From Verrucomicrobiota bacterium (GTDB lineage: Bacteria > Verrucomicrobiota > Verrucomicrobiia > Limisphaerales > UBA8199), in NCBI GenBank assembly GCA_012517205.1, contig JAAYVL010000122.1, positions 10,729 to 74,728 on the forward strand: 64,000 bases of DNA. Reading direction: 5' to 3'. This document shows positions 9,232 to 16,905 of the stretch, one piece after another. Position 1 is the first letter of the stretch; every line of letters begins with the position of its first letter. A program made the translations under genes and the position numbers. The notes under the pieces are model-generated. The model was not told where the DNA came from. It did not search any database and saw nothing but the letters and a program-made list of their open reading frames with translations.

Positions 9232-10466
9232 ATCGGAAACAGCTTCTTATCCTATTGGTGTTGGTGGTGGTGGTGGGCGCGGCCGGCCTGGTCGTGTACC
9301 AGCGGAACCAGAGTTCATGGCAGGGCGGCGGGCGCGAGGGCGACTCCCGCAAGCTCCTGGGGGAACTGCCGGTCAATGATGTCGCGGCTATCCTGATCCA
9401 GCGCGGCACGAACCAGTTGGACCTGGTCCGCATTGACAACCGCTGGCGGGTGAAGCAGCGCGACGATTACCCGGCCAACTTTTCCGAGATCAGCAGTTTC
9501 CTGCTCAAGGCCGCCGACCTGAAGGCGGCGCAGACGGAGGAAATCGGCCCTTCGCAATTAGGGCGCTACCAATTGCTTCCCCCGGGGCCGGAAACCAACA
9601 CGGCCGTGCGGGTGGAACTGCGCGGTCAGGACGGCAAGCCGATTAAATCGCTCTTGCTGGGCAAATCGCACATGCGCAAAGCGGCGGGCCGCGCCTCGCC
9701 GATGGGCGAGATGGAAGAGGATGAAGGCTGGCCGGATGGCCGCTATGTCATGGTCGGCGGCCAGGTCAAAACGGTCGCGCTGGTCTCGGACCCGCTCAGC
9801 AATCTCGAACCCAAGCCGGAGCAATGGCTGAACAAGGACTTTTTCAAGGTCGAGAAAATCCGTTCGATTGCGGTCACCTACCCGGCCGCCACCAACTCCT
9901 GGAAGGCCAGCCGGGAAACCGAGAGCGCCAGCGAATGGAAGCTGGCGGAAGCCAAACCGGCGGAACAACTGGACCCCGCCAAGACCTCCGGCTTCGCCTA
10001 TGCGCTCAGTTCGCCCTCGTTCAACGACGTGCTGCCGGCGGATACCAAACCGGAACAGGTTGGCCTCAACCACCCGACCACGCTAACCCTCGAGACCTTC
10101 GACGACTTTACTTACAGCCTCAAGATCGGGCAGCGGACCAATGACAATCTTCCCGTCGTCCTGGCGGTCACGGCGCAGATTCCGAAGGAACGGACGCCCG
10201 GCAAGGAGGAGAAGGACGAAGACAAGGCCAGGCTGGACAAGGAATTCAAAGAGAAGCAGAAAAAGCTCGAAGACAAGCTCACCCAGGAGCAGGGCTACGG
10301 CAAACGGATTTACCTGGTTTCCTCCTGGACCCTGGACGCGTTGCTGAAGGAACGCCACCAGCTCCTGCTCGAGAAGAAAGAAGAGCCCGCGGGAGAAGAG
10401 AAGCCCGCAGCACCGCCCACCAAGCAGGCCGAGGACCTGATGGAGCCTGCGGTGGAGCCCAAGTAG
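9228..10466 (+). CDS. DUF4340-like membrane-anchored protein
   Basis: The start was chosen at the ATG that forms an ATGA overlap with the upstream stop (MNRKQLLILLVLVVVVGAAGLVVY); the longer track ORF from 9141 is unlikely. The conserved fourth position after gldA/F/G-type genes is typical of DUF4340, a family call made from memory. Confidence 0.55.
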   Translation: MNRKQLLILLVLVVVVGAAGLVVYQRNQSSWQGGGREGDSRKLLGELPVNDVAAILIQRGTNQLDLVRIDNRWRVKQRDDYPANFSEISSFLLKAADLKAAQTEEIGPSQLGRYQLLPPGPETNTAVRVELRGQDGKPIKSLLLGKSHMRKAAGRASPMGEMEEDEGWPDGRYVMVGGQVKTVALVSDPLSNLEPKPEQWLNKDFFKVEKIRSIAVTYPAATNSWKASRETESASEWKLAEAKPAEQLDPAKTSGFAYALSSPSFNDVLPADTKPEQVGLNHPTTLTLETFDDFTYSLKIGQRTNDNLPVVLAVTAQIPKERTPGKEEKDEDKARLDKEFKEKQKKLEDKLTQEQGYGKRIYLVSSWTLDALLKERHQLLLEKKEEPAGEEKPAAPPTKQAEDLMEPAVEPK

Positions 10467-10736
10467 GGCGCCCGGAAGATTCCCTTGGGCGTCCCTCTGG
10501 CCGGGGGCGCGGGATGGGCGGTTTGCTCTCGCCCGCCGCGCCCGGAAGCGCCTCGCAAAGGCCGGCAGCCCAGGCAGGCCTGTGACTGCGCTTCGCCGAC
10601 GAAAACGGCTGCTTTACCCCTCAACGTTCTGCCCGCCCGGGCGGCAACGCGCCCCTTTCCCTCGCGCATCATGGCACGGAGCGTGCGGATTGTCCGGGCG
10701 GCTGCGGCGCCGGGTTTGGCGGCGCGGCGAACGAAC

Positions 10737-11555
10737 ATGACAATGAAAGCTTTTAGCGCGTCTGGTTGGGCAACGAAAGCGCTGGCGGGGTTGATGCTGG
10801 CTGCTTATGCGGTGCTGCCCTCGTCAGCCGTTGGAGCCACGGAATCCAAACTGGAAGTGCTCCAAACCAAGACAGCGACGTACACCAATGTGACAGTGAC
10901 CACGAAGGCCAAGGGCTACATTTTCATTGTCCATGACCGCGGGATGGCGAGCCTTAAAGTCGCGGACCTGTCCCCCGAGGTCCAGCAGCAGCTTGGTTAT
11001 TCTGTGGCGGGCGCGGCCAAACATTCGACCAACACGGCGGTGGCCTGGACCAAACGCGAAGTGGCCCGGCTGGCCGGGCCGGAGGTGAAGGCCTTGGAAA
11101 CCCGGCTTCAGCAAAAATGGTCGGGACACCCACCCGCCGAGGCCGTCCTGCGGGGAATGATCGGCCCCCAACAGGTGCTTGCCTTCCTCGGCGTCCTGTT
11201 GGCGTTTCATCTGTTCTACTCCTATTGCTGCCTGTTGATCTGCCGCAAGACCGGCAATCCGGGAGGCTTTTGGGTATGGGTGCCGCTGTTTCAATTCCTT
11301 CCCCTGCTGCGGGCCGCCGGAATGTCGCGCTGGTGGTTCCTGGCCTGCTTTGTGCCCCTGCTCAATCTGGTGCCGGCCATTCTATGGCCGCTGAAGATTG
11401 CCACGGCGCGGGGCAAAAGCGTCTGGATCGGGGTCCTCCTGCTCCTGCCGGTCACCAATGTCTTTGCGTTCCTCTACCTGGCCTTTTCCAACGGCGCGCC
11501 CGCCCGGGACGAAAAACGGCCGGCGGCGAAAATAATGACGCTGCAGGCCGCCTGA
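10737..11555 (+). CDS. Signal-peptide protein with C-terminal multi-helix membrane domain (DUF5684-like)
   Basis: The internal start MTMKAFSASGWATKALAGLMLAAYA gives a signal-like N-terminus, whereas the track ORF from 10485 adds an Arg/Pro-rich extension that looks non-coding. The C-terminal helices (WWFLACFVPLLNLVPAILWPLKIA..GVLLLLPVTNVFAFLYLAF) resemble DUF5684. Confidence 0.5.
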   Translation: MTMKAFSASGWATKALAGLMLAAYAVLPSSAVGATESKLEVLQTKTATYTNVTVTTKAKGYIFIVHDRGMASLKVADLSPEVQQQLGYSVAGAAKHSTNTAVAWTKREVARLAGPEVKALETRLQQKWSGHPPAEAVLRGMIGPQQVLAFLGVLLAFHLFYSYCCLLICRKTGNPGGFWVWVPLFQFLPLLRAAGMSRWWFLACFVPLLNLVPAILWPLKIATARGKSVWIGVLLLLPVTNVFAFLYLAFSNGAPARDEKRPAAKIMTLQAA

Positions 11556-11639
11556 TCGGCCCCGAGCCGCACGGATTCCCACTGTCGGCGGCGGCCGCCC
11601 TGACGCGGGCGGGTCAGCCGAAGCGGCCAGCGCGAGAGG

Positions 11640-12092
11640 CTACTCCCGCGCCTTGGAATCAATAATGATCGTGACCGGCCCGTCGTTGGTCAGGCTGACC
11701 TGCATATCCGCTCCGAATTCGCCGGACTGGACCGGCCGCCCCAGGTCCAGGGCCAGCCGCTGGAGGAACGCCTCGTAAAGCGGCACCGCGATCTCCGGCC
11801 GGGCCGAACGGCTGTAGGACGGGCGGTTGCCCTTTTTCGTGCTGGCGAACAGGGTGAATTGGCTGACCACCAGGAGGCCGCCCTGGATTTCCTGCACCGA
11901 GCGATTCATCACGCCGTTCTCGTCATCAAACACGCGCAACCGGACAATCTTGCCGCTGAGCCATTCGAGGTCGGCGGGCGTGTCCGCCTCCTCCACCGCC
12001 AGCAGCACCAGCAACCCCTGCGCGATGGCGCCTTTGGTGACGCCGGCGATGCGCACGCTGGCTTCCGACACCCGTTGAATGACGGCGCGCAT
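11640..12092 (-). CDS. dtd: D-aminoacyl-tRNA deacylase
   Basis: MRAVIQRVSEASV..., SQFTLFASTKKGNRPS, GEFGADMQVSLTNDGPVTI. The start was placed at the conserved MRAVIQRV rather than the 12128 track start. Confidence 0.85.
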   Translation of the reverse strand: MRAVIQRVSEASVRIAGVTKGAIAQGLLVLLAVEEADTPADLEWLSGKIVRLRVFDDENGVMNRSVQEIQGGLLVVSQFTLFASTKKGNRPSYSRSARPEIAVPLYEAFLQRLALDLGRPVQSGEFGADMQVSLTNDGPVTIIIDSKARE

Positions 12093-12146
12093 CAGCCGGT
12101 TGGGAAAGCATCCAGTGGAGAACCGCAATCCCGGGTCACGGTTCTT

Positions 12147-12455
12147 TCACAGCGGGGGAGCCTTTTTATGCCGGTGCGCCGCGGACTTTCTTTCGCCGGG
12201 CATATCCGGTTGCTCGGGGTCGGGGCGGCGGGAGGTGTCCGCCCGGGACGGCGCCGCGGGGACGGGGAGGACCAGATCGTAGCGGGGCTCGTCGTAACTC
12301 AGCAGAATCTCGACGTTTTCCAGGCGGGCCTCGAAGATCTGCTCCACCGCCCGGGCCACCTGTCCCAGGTCGAGCGCCATCTTTTGTTCCGGCGTCCACT
12401 GCGACGGTCCTTGATAGAACCAGCCGCTTTGCGTGTCGCGCACAAACACTTTCAT
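12147..12455 (-). CDS. Hypothetical protein (102 aa)
   Basis: The ORF is co-directional with and just upstream of dtd. No family recognised. Its N-terminus resembles that of the next ORF upstream. Confidence 0.4.
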   Translation of the reverse strand: MKVFVRDTQSGWFYQGPSQWTPEQKMALDLGQVARAVEQIFEARLENVEILLSYDEPRYDLVLPVPAAPSRADTSRRPDPEQPDMPGERKSAAHRHKKAPPL

Positions 12456-12605
12456 GGCTTCGTCAGGCCGCTCGAATCTGTTTCGCCAGGTTGCGTTTCA
12501 TGGTTGGGCTGAGGCCCCCGGCGGGGCTCTCCGCGCATCACCATATATTCACAGAACAAACCGCGGCGGACAATCCGCACTTCTACTGAAGCCCAACTCG
12601 CAGAA

Positions 12606-12974
12606 TTACGGAACCTCCCCGCTGGCGCCCCGGGGCGGGAGCCCGGGCTTGGCGCCGGATTCGACTTCCCGGCAATTGCGACAAAGGAACTGCCGTCCGT
12701 CAAAATAGGTTTTGAACGCCCACATCCGGCAACCGCACCGGTCGCAGAATTCAAAGACTTCCCGCGGGTCCAGCTTCACGGCAATCCAGACCCGGCCCTG
12801 CGTTTTGCGCACCAAATCAATGAGTTCTCCGACCCGATCCGCTTGATAATCAAATACTCTGGCTTTGCCGCGTTCATCGGTGAATTCCCACTCAAAGGCG
12901 GTTCCCGTGAGATACTGCCCGTCATCATTTACGATTAACACCTTGACCGCCTCGCGATCATTCATGGGAGGCAA
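12606..12974 (-). CDS. Hypothetical protein with C-terminal zinc-ribbon-like CxxC...CxxC
   Basis: The 122-aa ORF carries CDRCGC...CRNC cysteine pairs. No family recognised. Confidence 0.4.
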   Translation of the reverse strand: MPPMNDREAVKVLIVNDDGQYLTGTAFEWEFTDERGKARVFDYQADRVGELIDLVRKTQGRVWIAVKLDPREVFEFCDRCGCRMWAFKTYFDGRQFLCRNCREVESGAKPGLPPRGASGEVP

Positions 12975-13078
12975 TATACTCCGGCGGGGCCACCCTGGCC
13001 AGTTGGCAGGCAGTGCCCGGCAAGAGGCAAAAAAGGGCTCGCCAACGCGCGCCCGTTGGCTGCATGCTCTGCCCGCCT

Positions 13079-14572
13079 ATGTCCGAAGCTGCAAAGTTGA
13101 TCCGCATTCCCTCCCTGAAAACCGTCGCGGAGTTCCGCGGCCACGTGGCTTCCCTGGGAATAGATTTGCCCTGCGAAGATGCCATTGCCACGGGCGACGC
13201 CTCGCCGCTGGCCCAGCCTTGCCGGGCGGTGCTTATCAATGGCAAGCGCCTCGGCAACCGCTATGCCGTCCAGCCGATGGAAGGTTGGGACGCCACCGTG
13301 ACGGGGGGCGTTACCCCCGAAGTCCTCCGGCGCTGGCAGCGCTTCGGCCAAAGCGGCGCCAAGCTCATCTTCGGCGGCGAAGCCATGGCCGTTCGCCCGG
13401 ACGGACGGGCCAATCCCAACCAGCTCATCATTAACGCGCGGAATCAGTCCGACTTGGCGAAGCTCCGGGAAGCCCTGATCCGCGCGCACCAGGAGCTTTA
13501 TGGCCGCTCGGAGGATCTCGTCATCGGCTTTCAACTCACCCACTCGGGCCGGTTCTGCAAGCCCAATGACCATTCCCGCCTCGAACCGCGGGTTGCCTGC
13601 CGGCACCCGCTGCTCGACGCGAGCTTCAAAGTCACCAGCGACGCGCAGGTTTGGACCGACAGCGAATTGGATCAACTGGTCGAAGACTACGCGGCGGCGG
13701 CGCGCATCGCCGGGAATGTCGGCGCCGATTTTGTGGACATCAAGCATTGCCACGGCTACCTGCTGCACGAGCTTCTGGGCGCCTTCACCCGGCCGGGCAA
13801 GTACGGCGGGTCCTTCGAGAACCGCACCCGCATGTTGCGGGACATCGTTGCCGCCATTCGCGCCGGCGGCAACCGGATCGAACTCGCGGTCCGCCTGAGC
13901 GCCTTCGACTTTGTGCCCTTCCGGCCTGACCCCGCGCTCTCGCGTCCAGGCAGGCCCGGGCCCGGGGTGCCGGTGCCATTCTCCCATTGCCTGCCCTATC
14001 GTTATGCCTTCGGCGTAAATCCGCAGAACCCGATTACGTATGATCTGACCGAGACCTTTCAGTTTCTGGACCTGTGCGCCAGCCTGGGCGTCAAGATCAT
14101 CAACCTGACGGCCGGGTCGCCCTACTACAACCCCCACATCCAGCGTCCCGCCGCCTATCCGCCATCCGACGGCTACCAGCCGCCCGAAGACCCCCTGGTC
14201 GGCGTTGCCCGGCAGATTAATGTCGTGCGCCAACTCAAGGCTCGCGCGCCGCAAAGCCTCCTTCTCGTCGGCACCGCCTACAGCTACCTGCAGGAATACC
14301 TCCCGCATGTGGCGCAATACGTCTTGCGCCACGATTGGGCCGACCTCATTGGCATAGGCCGGATGGTATTGTCGTACCCGACCATTCTAGCGGATGCGAT
14401 AGGGCGGGGGACTCTCCAGTCAAAGGCTATCTGCCGCACCTTCAGCGATTGCACGACCGGCCCTCGCAACGGCCTCATCAGCGGCTGCTACCCCCTCGAC
14501 CGCTATTACGCCGTCCGGCCCGAGGCGCAAAAACTGAAGGAGATTAAGAAGGCTTCTGAGCAGGCGGCCTGA
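13079..14572 (+). CDS. NADH:flavin oxidoreductase, Old Yellow Enzyme family
   Basis: OYE-type TIM-barrel motifs (FGGEAMAV, QLTHSGR, GADFVDIKHCHGYLLHELL, GSFENR). The start was set at MSEAAKLIR; the track start 13013 is Arg/Lys-rich and less likely. Confidence 0.8.
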   Translation: MSEAAKLIRIPSLKTVAEFRGHVASLGIDLPCEDAIATGDASPLAQPCRAVLINGKRLGNRYAVQPMEGWDATVTGGVTPEVLRRWQRFGQSGAKLIFGGEAMAVRPDGRANPNQLIINARNQSDLAKLREALIRAHQELYGRSEDLVIGFQLTHSGRFCKPNDHSRLEPRVACRHPLLDASFKVTSDAQVWTDSELDQLVEDYAAAARIAGNVGADFVDIKHCHGYLLHELLGAFTRPGKYGGSFENRTRMLRDIVAAIRAGGNRIELAVRLSAFDFVPFRPDPALSRPGRPGPGVPVPFSHCLPYRYAFGVNPQNPITYDLTETFQFLDLCASLGVKIINLTAGSPYYNPHIQRPAAYPPSDGYQPPEDPLVGVARQINVVRQLKARAPQSLLLVGTAYSYLQEYLPHVAQYVLRHDWADLIGIGRMVLSYPTILADAIGRGTLQSKAICRTFSDCTTGPRNGLISGCYPLDRYYAVRPEAQKLKEIKKASEQAA

Positions 14573-14640
14573 CTCGGCCCGCCTCCGTTTGACGCAGGTT
14601 CAACTGGGAGCCAATTCAGGCTTCAGCCTCGCGGTCGAAC

Positions 14641-14657
14641 TGTGCCAATTTGGCACA
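14641..14657. repeat. 17-bp perfect palindrome TGTGCCAATTTGGCACA (left end of composite repeat element)
   Basis: Read directly. Together with its flanks (14635-14659) it is the inverted copy of 15068-15092, with 24 of 25 nt matching. Confidence 0.8.
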
Positions 14658-14719
14658 CCGATCACCTCATAAAACAACTGGCGTCCATACCAATCTGGGC
14701 CAAGCATTAACGCCTCAGA

Positions 14720-14738
14720 GTGTCCAATTATTGGACAC
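14720..14738. repeat. 19-bp perfect palindrome GTGTCCAATTATTGGACAC
   Basis: Read directly. The 17-bp core TGTCCAATTATTGGACA recurs at 34742-34758. Both lie ~90-105 nt upstream of a hairpin repeat. Confidence 0.8.
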
Positions 14739-14841
14739 CCCAAGGGGTGCCTCGTCAAATAGGTACTGTCCCAGCTCAACCGGCCCAATCTCCAACCACC
14801 TCAATTCCCGCCATTCCCAGCTCATTTCCAGCTAATAAATA

Positions 14842-14940
14842 GCCGTGTACAAGGGGTGTACAAGGGATGCCCACCGGATGTTCATCAGATTTTCCGATGT
14901 TCACCCGGTGGGCATCCCTTGTACACCCCTTGTACACGGC
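14842..14940. repeat. Hairpin repeat copy 1: perfect 36-bp inverted arms around a 27-nt loop
   Basis: GCCGTGTACAAGGGGTGTACAAGGGATGCCCACCGG ... CCGGTGGGCATCCCTTGTACACCCCTTGTACACGGC. Each arm contains a tandem 11-nt unit GTGTACAAGGG x2. Confidence 0.9.
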
Positions 14941-15069
14941 CATTTAGTAGGGGGAAAGGGTGGGGATGGACGGAAATGAGGATGTTCGTAAGGGATTCGC
15001 GGGCAGAGATGGAGGAGGCGAAATGGTTTCTCCATAGGGTGCATTTGAGGGCTGCCTTTGGAGTTGAGG

Positions 15070-15086
15070 TGTGCCAAATTGGCACA
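15070..15086. repeat. 17-bp perfect palindrome TGTGCCAAATTGGCACA (right end of composite repeat element)
   Basis: Read directly. It is the reverse complement of the 14641-14657 site, flanks included. Confidence 0.8.
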
Positions 15087-15260
15087 GTTTGAGAGCCGGT
15101 TGGAAGGGGGTGATGGCATGGAGGTTCCCGGCGAGATTTGGGGCGGGTAAAGCCGGTTGGGAACTGGCGGTTGAGGGGCAGCCACGCGGTGCGTCCGCCG
15201 GTTTATCCGCCCGTGGTCCCGGCTTTACTTTGGTTCGGTGGCCTCGTATTTCTTGGTTCA

Positions 15261-16853
15261 ATGCAAAGCGCCCTTCCGGAAGCGACTGCCGCTCCGCTTT
15301 ATTTCAACTTTGCCTCCGATGTGATTGATCGGTGGGCCCGGGAGCGACCGGATGCGCCGGCGCTTTGGTGTGTGGATGCCGCGACTGGCGAAGGCCGGAA
15401 ATTCAGCTTTCGGCAATTAGCGGAACTGAGTTGCCGGGTGGCCAACTGCCTGCGCGCCAATGGCGTCGGGCGCGGCGACCGCGTTCTGCTGATGCTGCCG
15501 CGCGTGCCGCAATGGTGGATTGCCATGCTGGGGCTTATCCGGTTGGGGGCGGTGCCCGTGCCCGCCACGCTGCTGCTGACGGCGCGCGACGTGGCTTATC
15601 GGCTGGGCAGCGCACGCATCCGCGCGGCGATCACCAGCCTGGACGGAGTGGGCAAGGTGGGCGGCTTTGAGGGGGTGCGCTTGCTGGTCGGCGGCCAGCG
15701 CGCGGGCTGGGCGGATTTCGATGACGGCGTCCGCCAGGCCAGCCCGAAGTTCCGCGCCGAACCGACCCGCAGCGACGATCCCGGGATTATCTACTTCACC
15801 AGCGCGACGACGGGCGACCCCAAGATGGTGCTGCACACGCAGGCCAGCTACGGACTCGGCCACCGGGCAACCGGCGAATTGTGGCTGGACCTGAAGCCGG
15901 ACGACCTCCATTGGAATCTGTCCGACCTGGGCTGGGGCAAGGCCGCGTGGTCAAGTTTCTACGGTCCGTGGCACATGGGCGCCTGCGTCTTTGCGCTGGA
16001 CACCCCCGGAAAGTTCGATCCGGTGTTGACGCTCGACACGCTGGCCGCGTTTCCCATTACCACCTGGTGCGCGCCGCCGACGGCGCTGCGGCTCATCGTT
16101 CGGCAGGATTTGTCTCGCTGGCGTTTCCCGCACCTGCGGCATTGCGTCACCGCCGGCGAGCCACTCAACCCGGAAGTGCTCAATCGCTGGCGCGAAGCGA
16201 CCGGCCTGACTCTCTACGAAGCCTACGGACAGACGGAAACGGTGGTTCTGATTGGCAACTTTCGTTCGCTGGGCCATCCCGTGCGGCCGGGTTCGATGGG
16301 CAAGGCCACGCCGGGATATAGCGTGGCGCTGCTCGATGAGCATCTGCGGGAAGTGCCGGATGGCAAGGAGGGCGAGGTGGCGGTCCGGGTCAAACCGCAT
16401 CGCCCGGCGGGGCTGTTCAGCGCGTATTGGCTCAGCCCGCGGGAAATGGCGGCGCAGTTCCAGGGCGACTGGTATCTGACCGGCGACCGGGCCACGCGCG
16501 ACGCCGACGGCTATTTCTGGTTTATCGGGCGCAAGGATGATGTGATCAAAAGTTCCGGTTATCGCATCGGGCCCTTTGAAGTGGAAAGCGCGCTGCTGGA
16601 GCATCCGGCGGTGCTGGAGGCCGCGGTCGTAGGGCAGCCGGATGCGCTGCGCGGGCAGATCGTCAAGGCCTACGTGGTGTTGCGGCCAGGCATGGAGGGC
16701 AGCCCGGAAGTCAAGGCCGAGCTCCAGACCCATTGCAAAAGCCTGGTGGCGGCGTACAAGTACCCGCGGGAGATCGTGTTTGTGCGGGAGCTGCCCAAGA
16801 CCACCAGCGGCAAGACCCGGCGGGTGGAGCTCCGGCAAATCACTCCCGTTTGA
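15261..16853 (+). CDS. AMP-forming acyl-CoA synthetase (medium-chain acyl-CoA ligase-like)
   Basis: AMP-binding motifs YFTSATTGDPK, YGQTE, YLTGDRATRDADGYFWFIGRKDDVIKSSGYRIGPFEVE and PKTTSGKTRR. The start was set at MQSALPE (15261), because the track start 15138 runs into the repeat region. Confidence 0.8.
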   Translation: MQSALPEATAAPLYFNFASDVIDRWARERPDAPALWCVDAATGEGRKFSFRQLAELSCRVANCLRANGVGRGDRVLLMLPRVPQWWIAMLGLIRLGAVPVPATLLLTARDVAYRLGSARIRAAITSLDGVGKVGGFEGVRLLVGGQRAGWADFDDGVRQASPKFRAEPTRSDDPGIIYFTSATTGDPKMVLHTQASYGLGHRATGELWLDLKPDDLHWNLSDLGWGKAAWSSFYGPWHMGACVFALDTPGKFDPVLTLDTLAAFPITTWCAPPTALRLIVRQDLSRWRFPHLRHCVTAGEPLNPEVLNRWREATGLTLYEAYGQTETVVLIGNFRSLGHPVRPGSMGKATPGYSVALLDEHLREVPDGKEGEVAVRVKPHRPAGLFSAYWLSPREMAAQFQGDWYLTGDRATRDADGYFWFIGRKDDVIKSSGYRIGPFEVESALLEHPAVLEAAVVGQPDALRGQIVKAYVVLRPGMEGSPEVKAELQTHCKSLVAAYKYPREIVFVRELPKTTSGKTRRVELRQITPV

Positions 16854-16905
16854 TTATGGCGATTGGCGATATGCGGTTTACCCAATAGATTCCAAGGGTT
16901 GACGT

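Noticed and set aside
10485-10736. N-terminal extensions in the ORF track (10485, 9141, 12128, 13013, 15138, 18465, 20459, 23872, 25204, 32534, 41252, 44459, 54388, 56105, 58807, 60566)
   Set aside because: Internal starts give canonical family N-termini, signal peptides, Tat motifs or ATGA/TAATG coupling with the upstream gene. The extensions are low-complexity or overlap neighbouring genes or repeats.
14842-14940. Hairpin repeats considered as CRISPR repeats, integron attC sites or intrinsic terminators
   Set aside because: The copies are about 20 kb apart rather than in a spacer-separated array. They lack the RYYYAAC/GTTRRRY attC boundaries, and no integrase is nearby. None is followed by a T-tract. 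They are reported instead as an unclassified repeat family.
14856-15092. ORFs beginning MYKGC... at all three hairpin repeats (14856-15092, 34850-35176, 56605-56868), with mirror ORFs on the opposite strand
   Set aside because: The shared residues are just the translation of the palindromic arms (GTG TAC AAG GGG TGT...). Similarity stops where the repeat stops, and equivalent ORFs appear on both strands. They are by-products of the repeat, not a conserved protein.
16854-16905. Possible TPP riboswitch upstream of thiE
   Set aside because: Only 52 nt separate the upstream stop from the thiE start. The conserved CUGAGA and ACCUGAUCUGGAUAAUGCCAGCG-like elements are absent.
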